DNA of 64,000 bases from Planctomycetota bacterium (GCA_023954375.1 JAMLIC010000006.1:146972-210971); one strand, 5' to 3'. Counted from the first letter of the stretch, positions 10,125 to 19,797 are shown. Notes: a model not told the origin generated them from the letters alone. Numbers and translations: made by a program.

Positions 10125-10763
10125 ATGGAGGCGATGGCCGACGCCCGGTTGAGGACCCTCGAGCGGCGGTGGCGCGAGAGCGGCGCCGGCTGCGACCACG
10201 CCCGCTTCCTGGTCGAGCGCCTGCGCGCGGGCGAGGTCGAGCCGGAGCAGGTCCTCCTCGCCGCCCACCTCGGTGACGCCGGGGCGCGCGAGGCGCTGGG
10301 GCTCGAGGGCGACCCGGCCGCGCCCGGGCAGCGCGCCTGGACGACGGCGCTCGGCGCCTGGCGCGGGCCGGTGCCGGCGCGGGCGGCGCTCGCCGCCGCG
10401 CGGCTGGTGCTGCCCGTCTTCGACCGCGGGCTGAACCCCGACCCGCGCCCGCGGCGCGCCCTGCGCGCCGGCGAGGCGCAGGTCGTCTGCCCGTGCGCGG
10501 CCCACGCGCAGCGAGCGGCGGCCGCGGCCGAGCAGGCCGACGCGCTGGCGAGTGACGACGCCGGCACCGCCGTTTGGGCCGCCGTGCAGGCCACCTGCGC
10601 GACCGGCGACGAGGCCTTGCCGCTCCTCGAGTCGGCGGTCGTGTCGGCGGGCCGCGTCGCGGGGGTCGTCGCCGTGCGCGCGGCGGTGCGCGACGCGCTC
10701 GTCCCGTGGGCGCTCGGCTACGAGGACCCGCTGACCCGTCGGCTCGGCGGCGCCTCGGCCTGA
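10125..10763 (+). CDS. hypothetical protein with N-terminal ERRWR motif shared with the LRR protein at 56428..58149
   Basis: Near-100% GC3 over 212 codons; N-terminus LRTLERRWRESGAGCDHARFLVERLRAGEVEPEQVLLAAHL resembles N-terminus of LRR protein (HERRWRADPSDQAALAAAVDGMRRAGLAPPSELLDAQVEP). Confidence 0.6.
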   Translation: MEAMADARLRTLERRWRESGAGCDHARFLVERLRAGEVEPEQVLLAAHLGDAGAREALGLEGDPAAPGQRAWTTALGAWRGPVPARAALAAARLVLPVFDRGLNPDPRPRRALRAGEAQVVCPCAAHAQRAAAAAEQADALASDDAGTAVWAAVQATCATGDEALPLLESAVVSAGRVAGVVAVRAAVRDALVPWALGYEDPLTRRLGGASA

Positions 10764-11518
10764 GCGACGGCCTCGGGGGCGGCGGCGGGCGCCCGCGAGC
10801 GGAACAGCACCAGCGACTCGTCCTCGGGGTGGAGGGTGTAGAACTCGCGGAACAGCCAGGCGTCGAACCTGATGCGCAGCCACGCGAAGACCATGAGGCC
10901 CAGGTTCACCCAGGCGACGTGCGGGTCGAACAGCCAGTGGGCGACGCTCTCGGCCGGGGTCGCGAGCTGCACGACCCACGTGGCGACGAGGAACGCGGCG
11001 CAGCCGATCGAGGCCCACATCGTCAGCCCGAGCTCGAGGTTCTTGAACTCGGGCAGGCGCATGTTCTCCCAGGCCATCCGCGTGAACGGGATGAGCGCCA
11101 CGAACGGGATCAGGAACAGGAGCCCGAGGAGGATCGACTTGAAGATCGCGCCGCCGCCCTCGTGGCCGCGGCCGAGCTGGATCGGCGCCGAGACGAGGAA
11201 GCCGGCCATCAGGTAGCCACAGGCGTAGCGCACGTGGATGGCCACGACCTTGGCCAGGAAGCGCGTGCGCTTGATCCGCGGGATCTCGAGGACGGCGTCC
11301 CAGCGGGCCTGCGTGGCGTCGTTGCGGGCCTTGATCCACGCGAGCACGCGGCCGAGCGGCCCCGGGCGGGGAGGCTCCACCGGCGCCGGCGGCGATGCCG
11401 GGGGCCCGGCCGCGGGGGGCGGCTCGGGCGAGCCATCCAGGGGGGCCGCCGGCCCGGCCGGAGGCTCGGGCGCGGGGGGCGGCTCGAGCGGCGGGTCGGC
11501 CTCGGCGTCAGCGGTCAT
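10718..11518 (-). CDS. integral membrane protein with Pro-rich N-terminal extension
   Basis: N-terminal PPLEPPPAPEPPAGPAAP low-complexity, then 4-5 TM helices (ILLGLLFLIPFVALIPF, LTMWASIGCAAFLVATWVV, VNLGLMVFAWL). Confidence 0.65.
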   Translation of the reverse strand: MTADAEADPPLEPPPAPEPPAGPAAPLDGSPEPPPAAGPPASPPAPVEPPRPGPLGRVLAWIKARNDATQARWDAVLEIPRIKRTRFLAKVVAIHVRYACGYLMAGFLVSAPIQLGRGHEGGGAIFKSILLGLLFLIPFVALIPFTRMAWENMRLPEFKNLELGLTMWASIGCAAFLVATWVVQLATPAESVAHWLFDPHVAWVNLGLMVFAWLRIRFDAWLFREFYTLHPEDESLVLFRSRAPAAAPEAVAQAEAPPSRRVSGSS

Positions 11519-11590
11519 GGCCCGAGTGTTACAAGCCCGCCCCGCGCGTCAAGCGGAGCGGCGCGACTCCGGCGCCTCGAGGGCGCGCGC

Positions 11591-11620
11591 TTGCTCCGCG
11601 CGGCCGCGCCTGGATAGTGT
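11591..11620 (+). promoter_or_regulatory. candidate sigma70-like promoter (TTGCTC-N18-TAGTGT) giving a leaderless transcript for the 11628 gene
   Basis: -35/-10-like hexamers with 18-nt spacer; -10 ends 7 nt before GTG 11628; no RBS present. Confidence 0.25.
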
Positions 11621-11627
11621 TGAGCGG

Positions 11628-12161
11628 GTGGCGGGGACCGCAGGCGCAGGCGGGTGGACGTGCCCGGTGTGCGGCGCGGCAGGCGAGGCCGCTTGCCCCG
11701 GCTGCGCCCACGACCTCCCGGCGCGCGGCGCGGACCGGTTCTGGACGCCGGTGGGGGCGGCGACGGTGGGCCTCGTACCGGCGACCGCGCTCCTCGTCTG
11801 GCAGGGCGCCGCGCCCGGGTGGGCGGCCCTGGCGGCCTACGCGCTCGCGTGGGGCTGGTGCGCGCACCGGCCGGATGAGCTGGCAGCCGCGCCGGCGCGG
11901 CGCCTGCACGCTCGGCTGAAGCCGCTCCTCTTCCGTTGGTTCTGCTTCGTCCTGCTCATTGGCGTCGCCGTCCCGGTTGCCGGCTATCCGGTCCCGGGCG
12001 TGATCGTGTGGGTCGCCGCGGGGTTCGCCTTCCCGCTGCTCCAGGTGGCCGTGCAAGGCCTGGGCGACCACGATCCTCGAGGCGCGCACAGCCGCGCCGG
12101 GGAGGACGAGCCCGCGCAGGAGGACTCCGGAGGAGGAGGACGCCCGACGGAGCGCTCCTGA
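11628..12161 (+). CDS. small zinc-ribbon membrane protein (paralog family with 20209..20547, 20624..21109)
   Basis: GTG start; WTCPVCGAAGEAACPGCAHDL ribbon then TM helices (AALAAYALAWGWCA, LLFRWFCFVLLIGVAVPVAGYPVPGVIVWVAAGFAFPLL); ~85% GC3; upstream part of the 11238 track ORF overlaps the minus-strand membrane gene and is spurious. Confidence 0.45.
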   Translation: MAGTAGAGGWTCPVCGAAGEAACPGCAHDLPARGADRFWTPVGAATVGLVPATALLVWQGAAPGWAALAAYALAWGWCAHRPDELAAAPARRLHARLKPLLFRWFCFVLLIGVAVPVAGYPVPGVIVWVAAGFAFPLLQVAVQGLGDHDPRGAHSRAGEDEPAQEDSGGGGRPTERS

Positions 12162-12174
12162 CGCCGAGCGAGGC

Positions 12175-12765
12175 CTACTCCGCGCGGCCCCAGTCCAGCA
12201 GCTCGAGCTCGAGGTCGCCGTTGCGGATCGACTTCACCGCGCACTGGTTGAACGGCGGGACGTCCTGCTCCGCCACCCACAGCTCGGTCGAGTTGCCGGA
12301 CGCCGCGCGCTTGATGATGAGGACCTCGAGCTCCTTGCCGGCGACGGTCGTACCCTCCTTGTAGGGCGGCTCGACCAGGGCGTCGTAGGACTCCCAGGGC
12401 TTGTAGCGCTGGTCCTCGTCGGCGATGTCGATCGTGGCGTCGCCGAGCACGGCGCCGGTCTCGGCGTTCTTGCGCACGAACGTGACGCTGGTGTCGGTGA
12501 CCGCCGTGACCTCGAACTTGACCTGCTTCACCCGGCCGGCCGCCGTGCGGTAGGTGGCCCAGTCGCCGACCTTCGTGCGCACCCAGGGGGTCTTGGCGCT
12601 CGCCCGGTCGAACGGCTTCGGCGCGGGCTTCGGCGGCGGCGCGTCCTTCGGCGGCTCGGCGGGGCGCGAGGCCGGCGCCTGCTGCGGCTGGGGCGTGGCG
12701 GCGGGCTGGCTGTCGCAGCCGGCGAGGGCCGCGGCGAGCGTGAGGGCGACGACGAGGCGGGTCAT
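12175..12765 (-). CDS. lipoprotein, hypothetical
   Basis: Lipobox MTRLVVALTLAAALAGC, Pro/Ala-rich linker, globular C-terminus; protein-like composition. Confidence 0.75.
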   Translation of the reverse strand: MTRLVVALTLAAALAGCDSQPAATPQPQQAPASRPAEPPKDAPPPKPAPKPFDRASAKTPWVRTKVGDWATYRTAAGRVKQVKFEVTAVTDTSVTFVRKNAETGAVLGDATIDIADEDQRYKPWESYDALVEPPYKEGTTVAGKELEVLIIKRAASGNSTELWVAEQDVPPFNQCAVKSIRNGDLELELLDWGRAE

Positions 12766-12817
12766 GGGGGCGCTCTCCGAGGTGAGGGGGCCATCCGACG
12801 TGGACGACGGGTCGCCG

Positions 12818-13743
12818 TCAAGGGCGGGCTCCGGGCGCGTGGACGACGCGGACGGCGCCCGGGAGGACGCGCAGCTCGAGGACGCCGAGCGGCACGCGGC
12901 GCACCTCGCCGTCCACGTGGAGGAGGAGCCCGCGGGGGCCGAAGACGCGCACGCGTCGGCCGCGGAGGAAGGCCACGTCCTCGCGCTGCGCGCCGCGCGT
13001 GAGGCGCGGCCACTCGGCGATCGCCCGCAGGCGCGTGCGCTCGGTCACGAGGGCCACGTCGATCAGCCCGTCGTCGTGGCGCGCCTGCGGGGTGAAGTCG
13101 ATCCCGGCCCCGCAGTAGCGGCCGACGGCCAGGTGGCCGAGGAGGAAGCGCCCCTCGATCGAGACCTCGTCGACGGCCACGACGAGCGGGTCGGGCCGGA
13201 ACGTGGCCACGGCCAGGACGCCGCCCACGAGGTAGGAGAGCGGCCCGCCCAGCCAGCGCGCCCGCTCGCGCGTGGCGTTGGCCAGGGCCGCGAAGCCGAG
13301 GCCCACGTTGTTGAGGACGTGCTCCGCGCCGCGGTCGCCGCCGTCCATGCGGGCGACGTCGACGGGGCGCGGGGCGCCCTCGACCAGGGCGCGGGCGGCC
13401 GCGGCCGCGTCGAGGCCGGCGACCCCGAGGAGGCGGGCGTAGTCGTTGCCGCCCCCCACGGGGATCACCCCCAGGGCCGGCCGGTCGTCGCCGTCGAGCA
13501 GGCCGTCGAGGGCCTCGTGCAGGGTGCCGTCGCCGCCCACGGCGACGACCAGGGTCGCCCCGTCCCTCGCCGCGGCCGCCGCCAGGCGGGCGGCGTCGCC
13601 GGGCCCCGTCGTGCGCTCGAGCCGCGGCCGGACGCCGTGCGCCTCGAGGGCCGCCTCCGCCGTGCGGGCGGCGGCCTCGCCGCGCCCCCCGCCGGCGCGC
13701 GGGTTGGCGATGAGCACGACCGACTGAAGATGGGGCGCGGGCA
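12818..13743 (-). CDS. diacylglycerol kinase catalytic domain family lipid kinase (YegS/DagK-like)
   Basis: MPAPHLQSVVLIANPRAGGG..., GGDGT motif (VVAVGGDGTLHEAL), GGGNDYAR; start trimmed to MPAPH; upstream track-ORF extension is junk. Confidence 0.8.
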
Positions 13744-13883
13744 TGGCGGGGGGCGACCACCCTACCCTCCCGGCGTCCGCCGCGCCGGGGGTCGGGCGAC
13801 GTGGGTCAAGCCAGTCACCGTTGACCTCCGAGGGGCGCAGCCCTACGATCCGCGCCCCCCAACGCATCGAGGCGTCGAGTCCC

Positions 13884-15071
13884 ATGAGCGAGTTCCGCGG
13901 CGTCGACTTCTTCCAGCTCGACGACCTGCTGTCCGACGAGGAGCGGGCGATCCGCGACTCGACGCGCGAGTTCGTCGACCGCGAGCTCATCGACAACCGC
14001 CGCATCGAGGAGTGCCACCGCCACGGCGAGTTCCCCCGCGACCTGGCCCTGAAGATGGGCGAGCAGGGCTACCTCGGGCCCACGATCGAGGGCTACGGCT
14101 GCCTCGGCCTGAACCAGGTCACCTACGGCCTGATCATGCAGGAGCTCGAGCGCGGCGACTCGGGCGTGCGCTCGTTCTGCTCCGTGCAGAGCTCGCTGTG
14201 CATGTACCCCATCTACACCTTCGGCAGCGACGAGCAGAAGGAGCGCTGGCTGCCCGGCATGGCCAAGGGCGAGCTCATCGGCTGCTTCGGGCTGTCGGAG
14301 CCGGACCACGGCTCGGACCCGGCCGGCATGGAGACGAAGGCCACGCCCGACGGCAAGGGCGGCTGGGTGCTCAACGGCACCAAGCGCTGGATCACCAACG
14401 GCTCGATCGCCGACCTGGCGATCGTGTGGGCGAAGACCCCCGACGGGATCCGCGGCTTCATCGTCCCCACGAAGACGCCCGGGTTCTCGGCCCCGCTGAT
14501 CGAGGGCAAGTTCTCGCTCCGCGCCTCGGTCACGAGCGAGCTCATCATGGAGGACTGCCACGTCGGGCCCGACGCGCTCCTCCCGGGGACGGTGGTCCCC
14601 GAGGGCCTCAAGAGCCCGCTCATGTGCCTGACGCAGGCGCGCTACGGGATCGTGTGGGGCGTCGTCGGGTCGATGATGGCCGTGTTCGACGAGGCGCTGC
14701 GCTACACGCAGCAGCGCACGCAGTTCGACCGGCCGCTCGCGGGCTTCCAGCTCGTGCAGGAGAAGCTCGTGTGGATGCACACCGAGCTGACCAAGGCCCA
14801 GCTGGTGAGCCTGCGCCTCGGGCGCCTGAAGGACCAGGGCAAGTGCAAGCCCCACCACGTGTCCTTCGGCAAGCGCAACAACTGCTGGGCGGCGCGCGAG
14901 GTGGCCAAGCTCGGCCGCGAGCTGCTCGGCGCCAACGGCGTGTGCGACGAGTACCAGGTCATGCGCCACCTGATGAACATCGAGAGCGTCTACACCTACG
15001 AGGGGACGCACGACATCCACACGCTGGTCCTCGGCCAGCACCTGACCGGCCACGCCGCCTTCCGCGGCTGA
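13884..15071 (+). CDS. gcdH: glutaryl-CoA dehydrogenase (acyl-CoA dehydrogenase family)
   Basis: MSEFRGVDFFQLDDLLSDEERAIRDSTREFV...; ACAD motifs GCFGLSEPDHGSD, YTYEGTHDIHTLVLGQHLTG; start trimmed to MSEFRG. Confidence 0.85.
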   Translation: MSEFRGVDFFQLDDLLSDEERAIRDSTREFVDRELIDNRRIEECHRHGEFPRDLALKMGEQGYLGPTIEGYGCLGLNQVTYGLIMQELERGDSGVRSFCSVQSSLCMYPIYTFGSDEQKERWLPGMAKGELIGCFGLSEPDHGSDPAGMETKATPDGKGGWVLNGTKRWITNGSIADLAIVWAKTPDGIRGFIVPTKTPGFSAPLIEGKFSLRASVTSELIMEDCHVGPDALLPGTVVPEGLKSPLMCLTQARYGIVWGVVGSMMAVFDEALRYTQQRTQFDRPLAGFQLVQEKLVWMHTELTKAQLVSLRLGRLKDQGKCKPHHVSFGKRNNCWAAREVAKLGRELLGANGVCDEYQVMRHLMNIESVYTYEGTHDIHTLVLGQHLTGHAAFRG

Positions 15072-15137
15072 GCACCCCCGGCGGCGCAGGCGGGTCCCCC
15101 CGGGCCGCGGCGCCGCGAACGATCCTCGAGGAGAGCC

Positions 15138-15920
15138 ATGCGCATCGTCGTCTGCCTGAAGCCCGTCCCCGACACGGCGGCCCGCATCAAGGTGCACAAG
15201 GACGGCACCCGGGTCGACCCCGAGGGGGTCAAGTTCGTCCTCGGCCCCTACGACGCGCGCACGATCGCCAAGGCGATCGAGCTGCGCGGCGCGGCGGGCG
15301 GCGGCAACGAGGTCGTCGCGATCTCGGCCGGCGCCACGTCGGGCGAGGCGGAGGCCAAGAAGCGGATCAAGGACGCGCTGGCCCTCGGCGCCGACCGCGG
15401 CGTGTTCATCGCCGACCCGACGCCCGAGAACCGCGACCCGCTGGCGACCGCGAGGGCGCTGGCGGCGGCGATCAAGGGCCTCGACGCGTTCGACCTCGTC
15501 TTCTGCGGCCGCCAGGCCGTCGACGACCAGGCGCTCTCGGTCGGCCCCATGCTCGCGACGCTGCTCGGCGTCCCCTGCGTGACCGACGCGGTGGGCATGG
15601 AGGTCCAGGGCTCGACCGCGCGCGTGCGCCGGGCCGCCGAGGGGCGGACCGAGGTGGTCGAGGTCCAGCTGCCCGCGGTGATCACGGGCCAGCGCGACCT
15701 GGCCGACGAGCAGTACCCCAAGCTGAAGGAGATCCTCGCCGCGGGCAAGAAGCCGATCGCGGACTTCAAGTTCGACTGGCCCGCGACGCCGGCCTACCAC
15801 GTCGTGTCGCTGAGCCCGCCGCCCGAGCCGATCGCGGGCAAGATCGTCGGCAAGGGGCCGGAGGCGGTGCCGGAGCTGTTCAAGCTCCTGCAGTCCGAGG
15901 CCAAGGTCCTGACCTTCTAA
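15138..15920 (+). CDS. etfB: electron transfer flavoprotein subunit beta
   Basis: MRIVVCLKPVPDTAARIKV...; classic EtfB N-terminus and length 260 aa. Confidence 0.9.
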   Translation: MRIVVCLKPVPDTAARIKVHKDGTRVDPEGVKFVLGPYDARTIAKAIELRGAAGGGNEVVAISAGATSGEAEAKKRIKDALALGADRGVFIADPTPENRDPLATARALAAAIKGLDAFDLVFCGRQAVDDQALSVGPMLATLLGVPCVTDAVGMEVQGSTARVRRAAEGRTEVVEVQLPAVITGQRDLADEQYPKLKEILAAGKKPIADFKFDWPATPAYHVVSLSPPPEPIAGKIVGKGPEAVPELFKLLQSEAKVLTF

Positions 15921-15948
15921 CCCCACCCAGCCGCAGAGGTCCCCCACC

Positions 15949-16917
15949 ATGAAGATCCTGGTCATCGCCGAGCATCGCGGCGGGAAGTTCAAGAAGGGCG
16001 CGCTCGAGTGCATCGCGCAGGCGACGCGCCTGGGCGGCGAGGTCGTGGCCCTGGTCATCGGCGGCCCCGACGCCAAGGGCGCCGCGGCCGGCCTGGGCAA
16101 GCAGGGCGCGGCCCGCGTGCTCGCCGCCACGGCCGACTGGCTCGAGCGCTTCAACGGCGACGCCTACGCGCGGATCGCCGCCGACGTCGTCAAGGCGGAG
16201 AGCCCCGACGCCGTGTTCCTCGCCGCCACGCTCGACGGCAAGGACGTGGCCCCGCGCCTCGCCGCGCACCTCGACGTCGGCTACGCGCCCGACTGCACGA
16301 AGGTCGAGGCCGAGGGCGGGCGGCTGAAGCTGGTCCGGCCGCTCTACGCCGGCAAGGCGTACGCGACGGTGAAGCTGAACACGAGCCCGCAGCTCGTCTC
16401 GATCCGCCCGAACAGCTACCCGCTGCTCGAGCAGGAGAAGGGCGACGCGACCGTGAGCGACGTGGCCCTGAACATCTCGGCCGCCGACGTGCGCTCGAAG
16501 GTGGTCGAGGTCGAGGCGGCCAAGACCGAGAAGGCCGACCTGTCCGAGGCGGAGATCATCGTCTCGGGCGGCCGCGGCCTGAAGGGCCCGGAGAACTTCC
16601 CGCTGCTGGAGGAGTTCGCCAAGGAGATCGGCGCCACGGTCGGCGCCTCGCGCGCCGTCGTCGACGCCGGCTGGCGCCCCCACGGCGACCAGGTCGGCCA
16701 GACGGGCAAGACCGTCGCGCCGAACCTCTACTTCGCGGTCGGCATCTCCGGCGCGATCCAGCACCTCGCGGGCATGTCGACCTCGAAGGTGATCGTCGCG
16801 GTCAACAAGGACCCCGACGCCCCGATCTTCAAGGTGGCCTCCTACGGCATCGTCGGCGACCTGTTCGAGGTCGTGCCGAAGATGACCGAGGAGGTCCGCA
16901 AGCTGAAGAAGGGGTAG
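15949..16917 (+). CDS. etfA: electron transfer flavoprotein subunit alpha
   Basis: [20 protein letters not shown]...; FAD-binding C-terminal domain [12 protein letters not shown]...[28 protein letters not shown]. Confidence 0.9.
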   Translation: MKILVIAEHRGGKFKKGALECIAQATRLGGEVVALVIGGPDAKGAAAGLGKQGAARVLAATADWLERFNGDAYARIAADVVKAESPDAVFLAATLDGKDVAPRLAAHLDVGYAPDCTKVEAEGGRLKLVRPLYAGKAYATVKLNTSPQLVSIRPNSYPLLEQEKGDATVSDVALNISAADVRSKVVEVEAAKTEKADLSEAEIIVSGGRGLKGPENFPLLEEFAKEIGATVGASRAVVDAGWRPHGDQVGQTGKTVAPNLYFAVGISGAIQHLAGMSTSKVIVAVNKDPDAPIFKVASYGIVGDLFEVVPKMTEEVRKLKKG

Positions 16918-16939
16918 CACGCCGCGCGAGCGCGACTCA

Positions 16940-17008
16940 CCACGGAGGACACGGAGGACACGGAGGGACGACCCTCCTGAGGCTCCGTGTCCTCCGTGCG
17001 CTCCGTGG
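16940..17008. terminator. long GC-rich stem-loop (8+16 bp stem with 2-nt bulge) in etfA-rpiB spacer; likely intrinsic terminator or REP-like element
   Basis: CCACGGAG-GACACGGAGGACACGGAG ... CTCCGTGTCCTCCGTG-CG-CTCCGTGG; 5' arm contains 3 tandem ACGGAGGAC 9-mers; no U-tract. Confidence 0.5.
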
Positions 17009-17040
17009 TGGAGCATCCGGACGCCAGCGAGGACCCTGCC

Positions 17041-17493
17041 ATGCGCATCTACGCCGCCAGCGACCACGCCGGCTTCAGCCTCAAGCGGGCCCTCGTCACC
17101 GAGGCCCGCCGCTTCGGCCACGAGGTCGTCGACCTCGGCCCCGATGACGAGGAGCGCGTCGACTACCCGGACTTCGCCGCGGCCGTCGGCCGGGCGGTCG
17201 CCGGCGACCCGGGCTCCCGCGGGCTCATCTGCTGCGGCACGGGCATCGGCGTGTGCATCGCCGCCAACAAGGTGCCCGGCGTGCGCTGCGCCGTCGTGTG
17301 GGACGAGGCGACGGCGCGGCTCTCGCGCGAGCACAACGACGCCAACGTGCTGGCGATCGGCGGGCGCCTGTTCAGCGTCAACGACGCCGTGCGCATGCTC
17401 GACGTGTGGCTGACGACGAACTTCGAGGGCGGCCGCCACGCGGAGCGCGTGGAGAAGATCCGGCGCCTCGAGGACGAGGCCTGCCGCGGCTGA
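17041..17493 (+). CDS. rpiB: ribose-5-phosphate isomerase B
   Basis: MRIYAASDHAGFSLKRALV...LICCGTGIGVCIAANKVPGVRCAVVWD; start trimmed from track ORF 16987 (extension covers the hairpin). Confidence 0.85.
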   Translation: MRIYAASDHAGFSLKRALVTEARRFGHEVVDLGPDDEERVDYPDFAAAVGRAVAGDPGSRGLICCGTGIGVCIAANKVPGVRCAVVWDEATARLSREHNDANVLAIGGRLFSVNDAVRMLDVWLTTNFEGGRHAERVEKIRRLEDEACRG

Positions 17494-17550
17494 CGCGCGG
17501 CGCCCCGTCGGCGTGGTATGCCGTCAGGGCACGCCGTCCCCGGAGCATCC

Positions 17551-19797
17551 ATGACCGCGAACCGCGCCGAGGCGATCGACCGCCAGTTCCAGGAGCACGT
17601 CCGCGCCCTCGACGCGCGCGCGCCCCGCGACCCCGCGCTGCCCGTCCGCGAGGGCTCGACGCTCACGGGCGCCGCGCTGCTCGAGCTGTTCGAGTCGCAG
17701 CTCATCTGCCGGCTGCTGGACCTCGCCGCGCGCGAGCTGCGCGCCCGCGACCAGGGCTACTACACGATCGGCAGCGCCGGCCACGAGGGCAACGTCGTCG
17801 TGGGGCGGCTGGCCCGCCACACCGACCCGGCGTTCCTCCACTACCGCAGCGGCGCCCTCATGGCCGAGCGCAGCCGCAAGGTCCCGGGGATCGACCCGGT
17901 CCGCGACGCGCTGCTCTCGCTCGTGGCGTCGTCCGACGACCCGATCTCCGGCGGCCGCCACAAGGTGTGGGGGAGCCGCGCCCTGTGGGTGCCGCCGCAG
18001 ACGAGCACGATCGCCTCGCACCTGCCCAAGGCCGTCGGCTGCGCGGTTGCGATCGACCGCGCCCGCCGCCTGAAGCTCGCCAGCCCGGTGCCGGGCGACG
18101 GCATCGCCGTGTGCAGCTTCGGCGACGCCTCGCTCAACCACAGCACCGCCCAGGGCGCGTTCAACGCGGCCGGGTGGATGGCCACGCAGAAGCTGCCCGT
18201 GCCGGTGCTCTTCGTGTGCGAGGACAACGGGATCGGGATCAGCGTCCCGACGCCGGACGGCTGGGTCGAGGCCTCCATGCGCCAGCGGCCCGGGATCGCC
18301 TACGTGCAGGCGGACGGGCTCGACCTCGTCGACGCCTGGGAGGGGGCCTCGCGCGCCGTCGAGACCTGCCGGCGCGAGCGGCGGCCGGTGTTCCTGCACC
18401 TCCGGACCGTGCGCCTCCTGGCCCACGCGGGCAGCGACATCGAGACCGAGTACCACACCCTCGACGAGATCGAGGCGGCCGAGCGTCGCGACCCGCTCCT
18501 GCGCAGCGCGGCGCTCGTCGTCGAGGCCGGCCTCCTCACGCCGGCGCAGGTCCTCGAGCGCTACGAGGCCCTGCGCGCCCGCGTGCGCGCCGGCGCGGCC
18601 GAGGTCGTCATGCGGCCCAAGCTGAAGAGCGCTCGCGAGGTGGTGGCCTCGCTCGCGCCCCTCCACCCGGCCGAGGTCGAGGCCGAGGCGGCCCGCCCGG
18701 CGCCCGCGCCGGCGGAGACCCGCCGCGCGCCCGTGGGCCGCCAGCGGCACCTCGCGGCGATGCTCAACCAGGGGCTGCACGAGGTCCTGCGCAAGTACCC
18801 CGAGGCGCTCCTCTTCGGCGAGGACGTCGCGAAGAAGGGCGGCGTGTACCACGTCACCGCCGGCCTCTGGAAGGAGTTCGGCGCCGGGCGCGTCTTCAAC
18901 ACGCTCCTCGACGAGCAGGCGATCCTCGGCCTGGCGCTCGGCGCCGCGCACCTCGGGCTCCTGCCGCTGCCGGAGATCCAGTACCTCGCCTACGTCCACA
19001 ACGCCGAGGACCAGCTGCGCGGCGAGGCCTGCTCCCTCCAGTTCTTCTCGAACGACCAGTTCCGCAACCCGACCGTCGTGCGGATCGCGTCGTTCGCCTA
19101 CCAGAAGGGCTTCGGGGGCCACTTCCACAACGACAACAGCCTGGCCGTCCTGCGCGACATCCCGGGCCTGATCGTGTGCGCGCCGGCGCGCGGCGACGAC
19201 GCCGTGCGCCTCCTGCGCACCTGCCTGGCGCTGGCGAAGGTCGACGGGCGGGTCGTCGCGTTCTGCGAGCCGATCGCCCTCTACATGACGAAGGACCTGT
19301 ACGAGGACGGCGACGGCCTGTGGCTGTCCGACTTCCCGGCCCCGGGCGAGGCGATCGGCCCGGGCGAGGGCCGCGTCTACCACGAGGACGCGCCGGACCT
19401 GACGATCGTCAGCTACGCCAACGGCCTGTGGCGCTCGCTCCGCGCCGCGCGGACGCTCGAGCGCGAGCACGGGGTCCGCGCGCGCGTCGTCGACCTGCGC
19501 TGGCTCCAGCCGCTGAACCTCGACCTGATCGAGCGCGAGGCCCGCGCCACCGGCCGCCTGCTCGTCGTCGACGAGTGCCGCCGCGCGGGCGGCCTGGGCG
19601 AGGCGATCGTGGCCGGCGTGACCCTGCGCGCGGGGGACGCCGTGCGAGCGGCGCTGGTCGCGGCCGAGGACACCTACATCCCGCTCGGCCCCGCCATGCA
19701 GACCGTGCTCCCGCAGGAGGAGCACGTCGTCGCCGCCGCGCGCGACCTCGTGCGCGAGGCCCCGCCGGCGGCCGTGGTCGCCGGCGTCAAGGCGTGA
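17551..19797 (+). CDS. fused 2-oxoacid dehydrogenase E1 component (alpha+beta subunits in one polypeptide, TPP-dependent)
   Basis: N-terminal half with TPP-binding alpha-subunit motifs (YRSGALMAERS..., GDASLNHSTAQGAFNAAG, LFVCEDNGIGISVPT); C-terminal half beta-subunit transketolase-like (FGEDVAKKGGVYHVTAGL..., DTYIPLGPA); start trimmed to MTANRA. Confidence 0.85.
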   Translation: MTANRAEAIDRQFQEHVRALDARAPRDPALPVREGSTLTGAALLELFESQLICRLLDLAARELRARDQGYYTIGSAGHEGNVVVGRLARHTDPAFLHYRSGALMAERSRKVPGIDPVRDALLSLVASSDDPISGGRHKVWGSRALWVPPQTSTIASHLPKAVGCAVAIDRARRLKLASPVPGDGIAVCSFGDASLNHSTAQGAFNAAGWMATQKLPVPVLFVCEDNGIGISVPTPDGWVEASMRQRPGIAYVQADGLDLVDAWEGASRAVETCRRERRPVFLHLRTVRLLAHAGSDIETEYHTLDEIEAAERRDPLLRSAALVVEAGLLTPAQVLERYEALRARVRAGAAEVVMRPKLKSAREVVASLAPLHPAEVEAEAARPAPAPAETRRAPVGRQRHLAAMLNQGLHEVLRKYPEALLFGEDVAKKGGVYHVTAGLWKEFGAGRVFNTLLDEQAILGLALGAAHLGLLPLPEIQYLAYVHNAEDQLRGEACSLQFFSNDQFRNPTVVRIASFAYQKGFGGHFHNDNSLAVLRDIPGLIVCAPARGDDAVRLLRTCLALAKVDGRVVAFCEPIALYMTKDLYEDGDGLWLSDFPAPGEAIGPGEGRVYHEDAPDLTIVSYANGLWRSLRAARTLEREHGVRARVVDLRWLQPLNLDLIEREARATGRLLVVDECRRAGGLGEAIVAGVTLRAGDAVRAALVAAEDTYIPLGPAMQTVLPQEEHVVAAARDLVREAPPAAVVAGVKA

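Noticed and set aside
5841-10276. Several very long ORFs (5841..7997-, 5852..7228+, 6492..8549+, 7265..10276+) overlapping the 5741..9391 kinase
   Set aside because: They are low-complexity Arg/Gly/Pro/Ala or Ser/Ala translations in alternative frames of a gene with clear kinase motifs. There is no independent coding signal.
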